Positions 20,377-30,728 of a stretch of DNA of 64,000 bases are shown here, in pieces. The translations under genes were made by a program, and so were the position numbers. This DNA comes from Acidobacteriota bacterium (GTDB lineage: Bacteria; Acidobacteriota; CAIWXX01). Where the stretch lies: assembly GCA_040755995.1 (NCBI GenBank), contig JBFMAF010000032.1:161306-225305 (forward strand), written 5' to 3'. How positions within the stretch are numbered: the first letter of the stretch is position 1; each line of letters begins with the position of its first letter. The notes beneath the pieces are model-generated. The model saw only the letters and a program-made list of their open reading frames with translations, ran no database searches and was not told the origin of the DNA.

Positions 20377-20664
20377 ATGGGATTCACCGGATTCCTCCTG
20401 ATCATGTGGCTGGCGGCCGCAGCACCCGATGACGGCGGAACCACGGCGCAGCAAGCCGACGGGGCCCGCCGATTGATGAAAGCCAAGTGCGGGCGCTGTC
20501 ACAGGCTGCACGAGCCTGCGGAGTACTCGACCGAAGAGTGGAAGCAGTGGCTGGACAAGATGCGCAAGAAGGTACCACTGACGCCCGATCAATACGACAC
20601 GCTCATGAGCAGTCACCACTCCGCTCCATCGGCTCCGGCTACCCAGACCGCGCCGTCACGATGA
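20377..20664 (+). CDS. Small periplasmic c-type cytochrome
   Basis: Signal peptide, single CGRCH heme motif, distal Met (WLDKM); AGGAGG RBS. Confidence 0.8.
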   Translation: MGFTGFLLIMWLAAAAPDDGGTTAQQADGARRLMKAKCGRCHRLHEPAEYSTEEWKQWLDKMRKKVPLTPDQYDTLMSSHHSAPSAPATQTAPSR

Positions 20665-20839
20665 CCCGTGCGTGGCGGCCCGCCGGATCGCAGCACTGAG
20701 CTACGCCATCAACGCACTCGCCGGCTCCAACTCGCCCATACGACTCGGCGGCAAACAATTTCGAGACCTGCCCGTGCCGCCGCGCGTCCTGGTAATCGAA
20801 GAGACGGTGGGCTAGAATCGCTCTTCGCTGAGGTCTAGA

Positions 20840-22879
20840 ATGAGATTACGAAGCCGGCTCGCGCTGATCCTGTTCGCTCTCGCCGTCATCCCGTTGACCG
20901 GGGTCACGGTCTACTCCTACTACACCTCCCTTCGAGCGTTTCACCGGGCTGTGGAGGCCGAGCAATGGGCGCTGGCAGATGAGGTCGGCCGGCGTCTGAC
21001 CGGCGTCACGTCCGACCTCGAGCGCAGGATCCACAAGCTCAGCGATCTGCCGTACACAGTGGTGCTGGCATCGGACCCAAAGGAACGCGACCAGTTCAAG
21101 AAGCTGCTGATGACCAGAGTCCGCGAGGAGATGGGCGGAGCCGCGGGATTTGTAGATCAGTTCGAGTTGGCTCCGGCGCCTCCCGGCGCTCCGGCTCCAC
21201 CTGCGCCAGTGGCCGGCGAGCATCAGCGCCGGACGCCAGAGCCCCCTGAGGCGGGGCACCTGCGGGTCGACACACGGGAGGCGAAGATCGCCACGACAGT
21301 CGAGGTGCTGGAAACCGGGGCTCCGGCTGCCTTTACGTTCCGCATGGATGAGCCCGAATCGGTGGTCGAGGTTGCGCCGGTGCCCGACGTGTCGGGCCTC
21401 GATGAGGAGAAAGCGAGACTTCTCCAAGAGAAGGCGCGGCATCTCGAGGAGGTGGCGCGCGTGACTCAGGAAGTGGTGAGGAGAGCACAGGAGGTGGCTG
21501 CCAGAAAAGCAGCCACAGCGGAAGAGCACAAGAAGAGGCTGGGGCGGGACTTCTCCTGCACGTTGAAGGCAGGGGAGGCGGTTGCCACGCTCCGCGCAAA
21601 CGTGCGCACGGGCGAGATCCTGCGGTCGGTGCTGTCCGCGACTGAGAGCCGCCATGACGACATCGTGTTCGCAGTCGACCCAGATGGGCAGATATACACG
21701 GCGAAGCCCGAAGACGCGGATGCCATTCGCGCGCACGCGCTCGTTCCCGCATCGACGCCGGCAGGTGGCGGCCAAACGCAGCGCCGCAGCGAAGATTGGG
21801 TCATGGTCTCACGCAAGGACGAGGCCTCGGGGCTCACGCTCGGGATCGCCCGGCCCGTGGCCGAGTCCCTGAAGGAAATCAGGCGCACCGCCGCTTGGAA
21901 CTTCGGCCTCGGGTTGGGTGTCGTCGGGCTGGCGCTGCTGGGAATCGGCCCGCTCTCAAGGAGCATGACCCGCAAACTCAGCCAGCTCGCCGAGGGCGCC
22001 GAGAAGCTGGCACATGGGGATCTGAGCGTGAGGGTTCCCGTGAGCGGCCCTGATGAGTTCGGCCGGCTATCCGAGACGTTCAACAGGATGGCGGAGGATC
22101 TGCAAGAGCATCAGCAGACGCTGCTGGAACGAGAGAGACTGAAGCGAGATCTCGAGATGTGCAGGCGGATACAGGATGAGCTCCTGCCTCACGTCGCGCT
22201 ACGCTGCCCAATCGCCGAAGTGAAAGGCGTTTCGATCCCCGCACGGGAAGTCGGCGGCGACTTCTTCAACTACTTCCAGCTGCCCGGCGGCAACATCGCG
22301 ATCCTGGTCGGCGATGTATCAGGAAAGGGCGTCTCTGCCGCGCTCATGATGGCCAACCTCCAGGCCACACTGCGCGCCAGGCTGCCGATCGAGAGAGACT
22401 TGGCCGCTCTGGCCGCGTGCCTGGACAGCGAGATCCACGCCACGACACCGCCTGAAGTGTATCTGACGCTGTTCATGGGGGTGCTGGACGTCGGCGGCCG
22501 GATGCTTCGATGGGTGAACGCCGGACACAACCCGCAGTACGTGCTGCGCGGCGGAGACGGAATCGAAGCGCTCGATTCGACAGGGAGACCCATGGGACTT
22601 CTGCCCGGCGGGACCTACGAGGAGCGCGCCGTGGAGCTCCATCCCGGCGACTCCCTGTTCCTCTACACGGATGGGCTCGTGGAGTGCGAGAACGAGGCCG
22701 GCGAAGCCTTCGGGTCGGAGCGCCTGCGTGAGGCGTTGTCGCGGGAGAGGCAGGCCGGTCTGGATGTGCTGCTGGCGCACGTCGAGGAGACCGTGCGGAG
22801 TTTCCGCGGATCAGTCGAGGCGTCCGATGATGCCACCCTGGTGATCCTGCGCGCCGGCCCGCTTACCCCAGCGGCCTGA
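20840..22879 (+). CDS. Membrane sensor with HAMP and SpoIIE/PP2C phosphatase domains (RsbU-like)
   Basis: Two TM helices, HAMP (DEFGRLSETFNRM), VGGDFF, GDVSGKG, NAGH, YTDGL, DDAT. Confidence 0.92.
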   Translation: MRLRSRLALILFALAVIPLTGVTVYSYYTSLRAFHRAVEAEQWALADEVGRRLTGVTSDLERRIHKLSDLPYTVVLASDPKERDQFKKLLMTRVREEMGGAAGFVDQFELAPAPPGAPAPPAPVAGEHQRRTPEPPEAGHLRVDTREAKIATTVEVLETGAPAAFTFRMDEPESVVEVAPVPDVSGLDEEKARLLQEKARHLEEVARVTQEVVRRAQEVAARKAATAEEHKKRLGRDFSCTLKAGEAVATLRANVRTGEILRSVLSATESRHDDIVFAVDPDGQIYTAKPEDADAIRAHALVPASTPAGGGQTQRRSEDWVMVSRKDEASGLTLGIARPVAESLKEIRRTAAWNFGLGLGVVGLALLGIGPLSRSMTRKLSQLAEGAEKLAHGDLSVRVPVSGPDEFGRLSETFNRMAEDLQEHQQTLLERERLKRDLEMCRRIQDELLPHVALRCPIAEVKGVSIPAREVGGDFFNYFQLPGGNIAILVGDVSGKGVSAALMMANLQATLRARLPIERDLAALAACLDSEIHATTPPEVYLTLFMGVLDVGGRMLRWVNAGHNPQYVLRGGDGIEALDSTGRPMGLLPGGTYEERAVELHPGDSLFLYTDGLVECENEAGEAFGSERLREALSRERQAGLDVLLAHVEETVRSFRGSVEASDDATLVILRAGPLTPAA

Positions 22880-23362
22880 GCGCCGCGAGCCGCTCGGAGA
22901 GCACCCGGCAGCGCCCGAGCAACAGGTAGCGAGTCACTCGCTTCTCGCGTATCAAAGAGACAAGCGCGGTACAGTCTGCCGGACAGCTGCCCGTGTGGAA
23001 ATTGTAGCTGCTACCAGCCGAGGCAGAATGCGAGACCCGTATCGCAAGGTCTGTTTCAGCATCCAGATCGACATTGGGAACTCTATCGAGACCGTCTGCT
23101 CGCGGGCCCGCGCAAGCGAGCTCAACAGCACCATGCGGCCTATGCCTCCAACCACACCGAACGAATTCTCCACCATCCTTCTAACCTCACGACTCGCAAG
23201 CGCGTCACCAAGAGAGTACGCATTGCGCAGCCATGTGGTTCCGATACTTGTGGGCGAGTATACGGCCCTCTCGATCTTGTCACGGGCGCGCCTCGGGAGC
23301 GGCTACCGAGCCCGTCCGGCGTTTGTGTCATGGCCCGCGACAGTTATAGAGTGAATGAAGAG

Positions 23363-26200
23363 ATGGCAGAGACGAGAACGCAGCCGGCGGCTGCGCTTGA
23401 AGCCGCACAAGAGAGGGTGCTGGAGATCGTACGGGAGCTGGCCGCCGAGATCCGGGGATATCGCGCGCTTCAAGCTGTGCGCGCCGAAGCCTCTCTCGAA
23501 CGGGACATCGGCTTCGGCAGCCTCGAACGAGTCGAGCTGATCGTGCGACTGGAGGCGGCGTTCGGGCGGGCGCTGGATGACCACTTCATCCAGATCGATA
23601 CGCCCGGCGACCTCGCGCGGGCAATCCTGGACACGGCTGAAGGCGAGCCTGCTGCATACTCCCCCGCACCCGCACAGTCGGTCGCCGAGGCGACCTTCAT
23701 CGACCTGGGCTCGACAACGATCTCCGAGGTGCTCTGGCGGCGGGCCCAAGCCGATCCCGATCGCCCGCACGTCTTCATGCGCGAAGATGACGGACACGAG
23801 GAGACGATCACATACGAGATGCTGTCGGTGGACGCGCGTGCCGTTGCCGGCGGGCTCCGTGACAGAGGTGTCGTCAAAGGTGACACGGTCGCACTGATGC
23901 TCCCCACGAGCCGCGGATTCCTCGCGGCGTTTCAGGGGATACTGATGGCCGGAGCGATCCCGGTGCCGATCTATCCGCCGATGCGATTCGACAGGCTCGA
24001 AGAGTACGCCCAGCGGCAATCTGCCATCCTTGCCGATGCCGGGGCCGTGTTGATGGTGACCATCCAGAAGGCTCTCCCCATCGCAGGGCTGCTGCGCCCG
24101 CTCGTTCCCTCCATGCGCCACGTCACTACCGTCGATGAGCTCAGGGCGACAGGAGCCCCCTGGCGCACTCCGAAGAGCGATCCGTCGGACCCGGCGCTCA
24201 TCCAATACACCTCGGGTAGCACAGGGAGCCCAAAGGGCGTACTGCTCACGCACGCCAACCTGGTGGCAAACATCAAGGCGATCGGAACGGCGGTCGAGCT
24301 ACGGCCCGACGACGTTACGGTGAGCTGGCTGCCCCTCTACCACGACATGGGCCTGATCGGATCGTGGCTCTTCTCGCTGGTCCACGGAATCCCGATCGAC
24401 GTCCAGTCGCCGATCGCTTTTCTGACGCGGCCCGAACGCTGGCTCTGGGCGCTGCACCGGCGGCGCGGTACGCTCTCGCCGGCTCCCAACTTCGCCTACG
24501 AGCTCTGCGTGAGGAAGGTACCCGATTCGGCTCTCGAAGGCCTCGATCTATCGACGTGGCGGTCGGCGCTCAACGGCGCCGAGCCGGTGAATCCGGACAC
24601 GATAGAGCGGTTCGCCCGCCGGTTCGTTCCGTGCGGCTTTCGCCGCGAGGCCTGTCTGCCGGTGTACGGTCTGGCCGAGACCTCGGTGGCTCTCTGCTTC
24701 CCGCCTGTCAACCGCCAGCCTCTGATCGATCGGGTGGACCGCGGGGACTACGAACGCGACGGGAGAGCCGAGCCGGCCGCTGCGAACGACCATCGGCCGC
24801 TGCGATTCGTCTCGGTCGGGAAGGCGCTGCCGGATCACGAAGTTCGCATTGTCGATGAAGCGGGCACGGATCTGCCCGAGCGGCACGTTGGCCGTCTCAT
24901 CTTCCGAGGCCCTTCGGTGATGCCCGGGTACTACAAGAAGCCCGAGGCCACCGCCGCAATCACCCTGCCCGGAGGATGGTTCGACAGCGGCGACCTGGCG
25001 TACCTGGCGGACGGCGAGATCTACATCGCAGGCCGGGTGAAGGACCTTATCATCAAGGCAGGCCGCAACCTGGTGCCGCAGGAAATCGAGGAAGTGGCGG
25101 CCTGTGTTGACGGTGTCCGCCGGGGATGCGTCGTTGCGTTCGGCGTAGCTCATCAAGAGACCGGCACGGAGAGTCTGGTGATCGTCGCCGAGACGCGCGC
25201 GACGGAGGCGGCCGAGTGGGAACGGATCGCCGCCGCCGTGATCAGCCACGTGGCCGGTACGATCGGTGTTCCACCGGATGTCGTGACGATGGTGCCGCCG
25301 GGATCCGTCCCGAAGACCTCCAGCGGCAAGATTCGCCGGACGGCCACGAAGGACCTGTACCTCCGCGGTGCCCTCGGGCGGCCTCCGCGCACGCCGCTTG
25401 CGACTCGGCTGCGCCTCGCGGCCGGTGTGGCGTGGGGCGAGCTGCGGCCCTGGCTGGCATTGCTGCCGCGCGGCGTCTACACCGCATATCTCGCGACCGT
25501 CCTGCCGCCGGTGGCTCTCCTCTCCTGGGCGCTGGCCTCGATCTTGCCGGGGCGGCGTTCCGTCCGCATCCTCGAACGCGTCACGTCGCGACTCGCCATG
25601 AGGCTCGCCGGTTGCAGGCTCTCGGTGGAGGGCCGAGAGAATCTGTCGATGGTGGGCCCCGTGCTTCTCGCCGTGAATCATACCTCCTACGCGGACGTCA
25701 CCTCGCTGCTGGCGCTGGTTCCCCGCCCGTTCGTGTTCGTCGCCAAGAGGGAAGTCCTCCGCTGGCCGATGGTGGCGACCTTCGTGAGACGGGCGGGGCA
25801 CCTGACGGTCGAACGTCGAGAGGTACAGCAGAGCGTTGCCGATGCCGGCCAGGTGGCTCCCGCCTTGCGCGACGGGGAAGCCGTGCTCGTCTTCCCCGAG
25901 GCGACCTTCACGGGCGCGGCGGGGCTCCGGCCGTTCCGGCTCGGCGTATTCAAGACATCCGTCGACACTGGCATTCCGATCGTCCCGATGGCCTTGCGCG
26001 GCGTGCGCCACGTGCTGCCGGAAGGGCGTTGGATTCCGCGGCCGGGGAGAGTCCATCTGTGGATCGGGCGTCCAGTTGCTCCCAACGGGACTGATTTCGC
26101 AGCCATGCTGGCTCTGCGGGACCAGGTCAGCGCGGAGATCGCGGCGCACTGCGGTGAGCCCGTGTTGGACCTGGTGGTCGGCGGCCCTAAGAAATCGTGA
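23363..26200 (+). CDS. ACP-FAAL-PlsC acyltransferase fusion
   Basis: N-terminal ACP (GFGSLERVEL), YTSGSTGSPKG, WLPLYHDMGLIG, PKTSSGK, C-terminal NHTSYAD and FPEATF. Confidence 0.9.
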   Translation: MAETRTQPAAALEAAQERVLEIVRELAAEIRGYRALQAVRAEASLERDIGFGSLERVELIVRLEAAFGRALDDHFIQIDTPGDLARAILDTAEGEPAAYSPAPAQSVAEATFIDLGSTTISEVLWRRAQADPDRPHVFMREDDGHEETITYEMLSVDARAVAGGLRDRGVVKGDTVALMLPTSRGFLAAFQGILMAGAIPVPIYPPMRFDRLEEYAQRQSAILADAGAVLMVTIQKALPIAGLLRPLVPSMRHVTTVDELRATGAPWRTPKSDPSDPALIQYTSGSTGSPKGVLLTHANLVANIKAIGTAVELRPDDVTVSWLPLYHDMGLIGSWLFSLVHGIPIDVQSPIAFLTRPERWLWALHRRRGTLSPAPNFAYELCVRKVPDSALEGLDLSTWRSALNGAEPVNPDTIERFARRFVPCGFRREACLPVYGLAETSVALCFPPVNRQPLIDRVDRGDYERDGRAEPAAANDHRPLRFVSVGKALPDHEVRIVDEAGTDLPERHVGRLIFRGPSVMPGYYKKPEATAAITLPGGWFDSGDLAYLADGEIYIAGRVKDLIIKAGRNLVPQEIEEVAACVDGVRRGCVVAFGVAHQETGTESLVIVAETRATEAAEWERIAAAVISHVAGTIGVPPDVVTMVPPGSVPKTSSGKIRRTATKDLYLRGALGRPPRTPLATRLRLAAGVAWGELRPWLALLPRGVYTAYLATVLPPVALLSWALASILPGRRSVRILERVTSRLAMRLAGCRLSVEGRENLSMVGPVLLAVNHTSYADVTSLLALVPRPFVFVAKREVLRWPMVATFVRRAGHLTVERREVQQSVADAGQVAPALRDGEAVLVFPEATFTGAAGLRPFRLGVFKTSVDTGIPIVPMALRGVRHVLPEGRWIPRPGRVHLWIGRPVAPNGTDFAAMLALRDQVSAEIAAHCGEPVLDLVVGGPKKS

Positions 26201-26323
26201 TCGCGCGGGCGCACATGCGCGGTGCTCCCGGCGGCGGTGAGCCCTCGCATCGGCTGTTTGACATCCCCAGTGCCAAGCGAATACAAGAATGCTGCGAGTA
26301 CCGAACGAATTCCCGGGAAACTG

Positions 26324-29128
26324 ATGATGCGAGAGAGGCGTAGTCCCAAGACCCCCGAGGACCCCGCTACGACCATCTCTCGCTGGACGGAGCGAGATCT
26401 GACGGCCGCCGCGAAGGACCTGTGCCCTGCCTTTCAGGTCGACGAGATCGTCGGGCAGGTCTCGGAATTGCTGGACAGCGACTTGTGTCCGATCGTCGCG
26501 GGGCCGGCTGGAGTAGGGAAGTCGGCCGTCGTGCACGAGCTCGTTCGTCGTGCAGCGGCGGGCGAGGGCCCCATGTCGCTCCACGGCAGGCGCGTCCTAC
26601 AGATGTCACTTTCGCGTGTTCGTTCGACGCTCCGAACTCCGGATCTGTTGGGCAGGGAGATGCGCGGATTGGTGGCCGCTCTTTCGGCCGAGGACGGCAT
26701 CTGCGTGTTCTTCCGTGACATGCACCTGGCATACTGGCAGAGCATCGAGCCGCAGTTCAGTGCGCTCGCTCTGCAGTTCAGAGGGCCCATCATCTGCGAA
26801 GGGGAGGCTGGTCTCGTGGCTGCGATGTTCGAGGAGAATCCGGAGCTTGCGGAGCGCTACGTGGTTGTGGGCCTGGATGAGCCGTCGCTCGCGAAGGCGA
26901 CAGAGATGTTGCAGTCGTGGGCCGAGGAACAGGCCCGCCGCGGGCAGTTCGCGTTCACAACGGAGGCCGTGCGGGAGGGCGTTCTGTTGTCGCATCGGTT
27001 CCTCGTCCGAAGCAGGTTCCCCAGGAAGGCTATTGACCTCCTCCAGCACGTGGCACGCCTCGCAGGCGGGCGAACGGTGACGGATGCCGACGTCTTCGAA
27101 CGGTTCTGCAGGACCCACAGGATTCCACGCGACCTGGTGGACCCTGCGGTGCCTCTCGACCTGGATGCACTGAAGGACAGATTCGAGGCCCTCATACTGG
27201 GACAGAACGAGGCGGTCGAATCCGCCATACAGATGATCAGCCGCATCAAGTCGGGGCTGACGGACGTGCGCCGGCCGTTCGGCGTGTACTTGTATGCCGG
27301 GCCCACCGGCGTCGGCAAGACCCTGCTGGCCCAGTGCCTGGCCGAATACCTCTTCGGTAGTCGCGACCGGATGATCCGCCTGAACATGGCAGATTACCGT
27401 GACGAAAGGGCCTTTCATTCGCTCTTTGGCAATCCGGATGCCCACACCAACAGCCTTCGGCGAGGCCTGTTGACGCAGAGGCTGATGGGGCAGTCCCTGG
27501 CGGTGCTCCTTCTGGACGAGTTCGAAAAGGCTCACGAACGCGTCCACGACGGCTTCCTCCAGCTTTTCGACGAGGGTTCTTTCATCAACGGCGACGGAGA
27601 GGTGGTCTCCTGCCGTTCCTGTCTCATCATCGCCACGACGAATGCGGGCTCGGACGTCTACCGCCGGCAGGCGCTGGGGTTCACCAATCCCGTCGAGCTT
27701 GATGCCACGGACCGGGAGCTCGACCGCCGTCTCCACCAGGTTTTCCGATTTGAGTTCCTCAACCGGTTTGACGAGATTGTCCATTTCCATCCACTCACGC
27801 GGGAAGACATCCGGACGATTGCGCGGCGTGAGCTGTCCATGCTCGCTGAGCGCACGGGCCTCAAGCAGCGACGGCTCGCCGTCGAAGTGGACGAGTCGTT
27901 GCTCGACTGGCTGATGCTTCACGGGTACGACCCGCTATACGGAGCGCGGTTTCTGCGGCGGACGGTGGAGCGGCGGGTGGCCAGCGAGCTTGCAGAGGCG
28001 ATCGTCCGTTCGGCTCCATGCGAAGGCGCCCGCATCGTGCTCGGCGTCCAGCGCCATCGTGTGACTGCCAGAGTTGCCCAATCGCAGCAGGCCTCACCAG
28101 CTCAGAGGGAGTCAGTCATACTACCGGTCGGCACGACCGAGGTCACGCGCCGGCTTGAGAAAGCTGCCATCCTCCAGGAGGTCGGCCGTCTGATCGAAAG
28201 AGCGAGCCGGCATCTTTCGACGCTCGAGCTCAAGAGAGCCGAGCGCAGTCGATTGCTCGCTCACATCAACCAGGCCGGGTTCTGGGACAACGCGAGGGAA
28301 TCCAAGTCGGTCGTTGACCGCTACCGTGAGGTGGACCTCGAGATACAGGCGGAGCAACGTCTCGCCGACCCTGTCCAGCGACTGGTCGAGCTGCGGAGCA
28401 TCGACGCGGACAGGCAGGAGGACCTCCGCAGCCTCGCCCGCGCCTGGGAGGTGGCGGCGCGGGCAGTGGGCGAGTGGGAGAGCCGAGCGGTGGAACAGGA
28501 GTCGGCCAGCGCCATTTGGCTGCTGGTCTCGAACGCCGACCCGCTCAGAGTTGCAGGCAAGTGGGTGAGGGACGTCGCCCAGATGGAGCTCCACTGGTGT
28601 GCCAGGCTGGAGCTGGCGGCTGCGGTCGTCGGCTACGAAGCCACCGCCGACGAGTGCCATCGCGTGGCCATAGAAATAGAAGGACCGGGGGCCGAGGGCT
28701 ACCTCACAATGGAGGAGGGCATACATCGACTGCGGTGCCAGGGAGACCATGACGCGCGCGCCCGCGTCGAGATCGTCACACGCAGTCAGACGCCCCCAGA
28801 CGGGCAGTCGTCGTTTATCTCCGTGGCACGCCGCACAGGCCTCTTCGGAATCGAGATCACATGCCGTGGCCGCCTGGTGCTGCCGGAGAGGGGGCTCTCG
28901 GCCGAGTTCCTGGCAGGCAATCCGGCTACGCTCAACCATCTTCTCTGCGACCTCGACAGGGCCTGGAGAAACGCCAAAGCGGAGTCATCGCAGGTGGCCC
29001 GGGTCTACGCAGAGGCCGGCGGCGCGCGCGATCATCGGACAGGCGCATTCGTTCCGCGCCTGAAGGACGTCCTCAGAGGCAATCTGGATCGCTTCCTCGA
29101 AGCGCACCGGCGGAACCGAGCGCAGTAG
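26324..29128 (+). CDS. ClpA/B-type AAA+ ATPase fused to a degenerate peptide-chain release factor (RF2/PCRF-like) module
   Basis: GPAGVGKS; GPTGVGKT, LLLDEFEKAH, EFLNRFDE, YGARFLRR. C-terminal GFWDN, EGPGAEGYLTMEEGIHRL, RDHRTG...VLRGNLDRFLEA. The ORF extends to 26222; TTGACA at 26258 favours the later start. Confidence 0.82.
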   Translation: MMRERRSPKTPEDPATTISRWTERDLTAAAKDLCPAFQVDEIVGQVSELLDSDLCPIVAGPAGVGKSAVVHELVRRAAAGEGPMSLHGRRVLQMSLSRVRSTLRTPDLLGREMRGLVAALSAEDGICVFFRDMHLAYWQSIEPQFSALALQFRGPIICEGEAGLVAAMFEENPELAERYVVVGLDEPSLAKATEMLQSWAEEQARRGQFAFTTEAVREGVLLSHRFLVRSRFPRKAIDLLQHVARLAGGRTVTDADVFERFCRTHRIPRDLVDPAVPLDLDALKDRFEALILGQNEAVESAIQMISRIKSGLTDVRRPFGVYLYAGPTGVGKTLLAQCLAEYLFGSRDRMIRLNMADYRDERAFHSLFGNPDAHTNSLRRGLLTQRLMGQSLAVLLLDEFEKAHERVHDGFLQLFDEGSFINGDGEVVSCRSCLIIATTNAGSDVYRRQALGFTNPVELDATDRELDRRLHQVFRFEFLNRFDEIVHFHPLTREDIRTIARRELSMLAERTGLKQRRLAVEVDESLLDWLMLHGYDPLYGARFLRRTVERRVASELAEAIVRSAPCEGARIVLGVQRHRVTARVAQSQQASPAQRESVILPVGTTEVTRRLEKAAILQEVGRLIERASRHLSTLELKRAERSRLLAHINQAGFWDNARESKSVVDRYREVDLEIQAEQRLADPVQRLVELRSIDADRQEDLRSLARAWEVAARAVGEWESRAVEQESASAIWLLVSNADPLRVAGKWVRDVAQMELHWCARLELAAAVVGYEATADECHRVAIEIEGPGAEGYLTMEEGIHRLRCQGDHDARARVEIVTRSQTPPDGQSSFISVARRTGLFGIEITCRGRLVLPERGLSAEFLAGNPATLNHLLCDLDRAWRNAKAESSQVARVYAEAGGARDHRTGAFVPRLKDVLRGNLDRFLEAHRRNRAQ

Positions 29129-29236
29129 CGGCCCGGTCACAGGTGATGCCCGCGGCGACCACGACCTCGGAATGTCTTGATTTCGTGAAATGCATGTAAT
29201 ACGCTGATGGCAGTTGGGTAATACGGAGGTGCCGCG

Positions 29237-29476
29237 ATGAAAACAGTCTCATTGAAAGTCAGTGAAGATCTTGACGCACGACTTTGGCTGCTGGCAAGAC
29301 GGAGCCGGTCCACGAAATCGGCAGTATTGCGGCAGGCGATCGAGAATCATCTGGCGCGTGGCAAGCGAGCGCCGGCCGGCGTCTTCCTGGAGCTCGCACG
29401 GGATCTGGCCGGGTGCGTTGAGGGGCCTAGGGATCTGTCCACGAACAAGGGGTACATGAGGCGGTACGGCCGGTGA
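29237..29476 (+). CDS. CopG/RHH antitoxin (VapB-like)
   Basis: MKTVSLKVSEDL...KSAVLRQAIE RHH pattern; 4-bp overlap with the PIN gene. Confidence 0.85.
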   Translation: MKTVSLKVSEDLDARLWLLARRSRSTKSAVLRQAIENHLARGKRAPAGVFLELARDLAGCVEGPRDLSTNKGYMRRYGR

Positions 29477-29895
29477 AACAGGTCGTTCTGTTCGATACCG
29501 GGCCCCTGGTGGCTTTCATCAACGCTCGGGACAAGTACCACGAGTGGGCGAAGGCCCAGTTGGCGGAGATTCGGCCGCCTCTCTGGACATGCGAGGCGGT
29601 GTTGTCAGAGGCGTGTTTTCTCCTGCGGGAAACGCCGCGGGGGCCAGCCGCCGTTCTGGAGCTGCTGGAGCGCGGGCTGGTCGAGGTGCCGTTTCACATC
29701 GGAATGGACCCGCGTGCTGTCCGAAACCTCCTGGCACGCTACGCGTCAGTCCCGATGTCACTGGCGGACGCCTGCCTCGTGCGAATGTCGGAGGCTCACA
29801 CCGGCAGCACTGTGTTTACACTCGACGGCGACTTCAGGATCTACCGCCGGAGTGGCCGGCAGGTAATCCCGCTCAGAATTCCCGACGATCTTTGA
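29473..29895 (+). CDS. PIN-domain toxin (VapC-like)
   Basis: LFDTGPLVA, VLSEA, SLADA, FTLDGDF acidic PIN residues. Confidence 0.9.
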   Translation: MKQVVLFDTGPLVAFINARDKYHEWAKAQLAEIRPPLWTCEAVLSEACFLLRETPRGPAAVLELLERGLVEVPFHIGMDPRAVRNLLARYASVPMSLADACLVRMSEAHTGSTVFTLDGDFRIYRRSGRQVIPLRIPDDL

Positions 29896-30040
29896 GTCCA
29901 CGCGAGGCGATGCGGGCGTCGTTTGAAGCCGAACGGCCTGTGGTGCTCGGCGCTGTAGCAGGGACCGGTCAAATCGGCTAACATCTTTGTAGCCGGGGTG
30001 GGGCAAGGAAGGGGCCTCACACTCGCTTGGCGCAGTTGGG

Positions 30041-30064
30041 CGCCGCTCAACTCCGGCGCTAGCG
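30041..30064 (+). mobile_element. Degenerate attC-like right arm
   Basis: CGCCGCTCAACTCCGGCGCTAGCG resembles the attC L'/R' end (GCGGCTTAACTCAAGCGTTAG) with GTT changed to GCT; lies just before a small ORF. Confidence 0.4.
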
Positions 30065-30086
30065 AATCGAGAAAAGGAGAGCAGGT

Positions 30087-30512
30087 ATGGACGATTCCAG
30101 GCGTCGGTTGTTGTGGCACGGGATGTTCCTGTTTCTGCTCGGCCTCATCACCGGGCTCTTTGAGGCCAAGTTCACGAATCCTCGCATGGGCCTTGCTGCT
30201 CATCTCGAAGGGGTGATGAACGGGATACTCCTCGTCGCACTCGGCGCGATCTGGGCAGAGGTCAACCTCTCCGCTACACTGAAACGGACGGCATACTGGA
30301 CTGCCCTCTATGGCACATACGTGAATTGGGCGGTGACGATCCTGGCAGCGGTGTTCGGGACTGGCGCCCTGACGCCCATTGCCGCGCCGGGCCGCTCAGC
30401 TCGACCCTGGCAGGAGGGATTGGTTACCGCGGGATTCATTAGCGTGGGGCTCGCGATAATCGCCGCCGCCGTTCTGGTCCTCTGGGGCCTGCGGCGAAAA
30501 GCCAGCTCATGA
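30087..30512 (+). CDS. Styrene-oxide-isomerase (StyC)-like small membrane protein
   Basis: Four TM helices; HGMFLFLLGL and AAHLEGVMNG motifs. Confidence 0.6.
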   Translation: MDDSRRRLLWHGMFLFLLGLITGLFEAKFTNPRMGLAAHLEGVMNGILLVALGAIWAEVNLSATLKRTAYWTALYGTYVNWAVTILAAVFGTGALTPIAAPGRSARPWQEGLVTAGFISVGLAIIAAAVLVLWGLRRKASS

Positions 30513-30728
30513 TCGCATGCAAGGCGGCCTCGGCGTGGGGCTGATGCCCTGAGTTCAGGGGTGGACAGTGTCGATGATCACAATCCTCAAAGAACCTACT
30601 ACAGGCGTATACAAAGCCAGTCACGCCGGTTGCACTAAGTTGAGACGACCGCACCACTCGTCACGAGGCGGCCAGTGCGGTGGTATATAATCAAGGCAGG
30701 CTAGATCACTCGTGCAGGAGATAGGAGG

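Noticed and set aside
24548..26584. 678-aa minus-strand ORF (likewise 36071..37960, 45379..47016, 54048..55556, 59718..61136)
   Set aside because: Each lies antisense to a well-supported gene and is explained by GC-rich codon bias.
28240..29128. Functional prfB (release factor 2)
   Set aside because: No GGQ or SPF motif, and it is fused in frame to an AAA+ ATPase.
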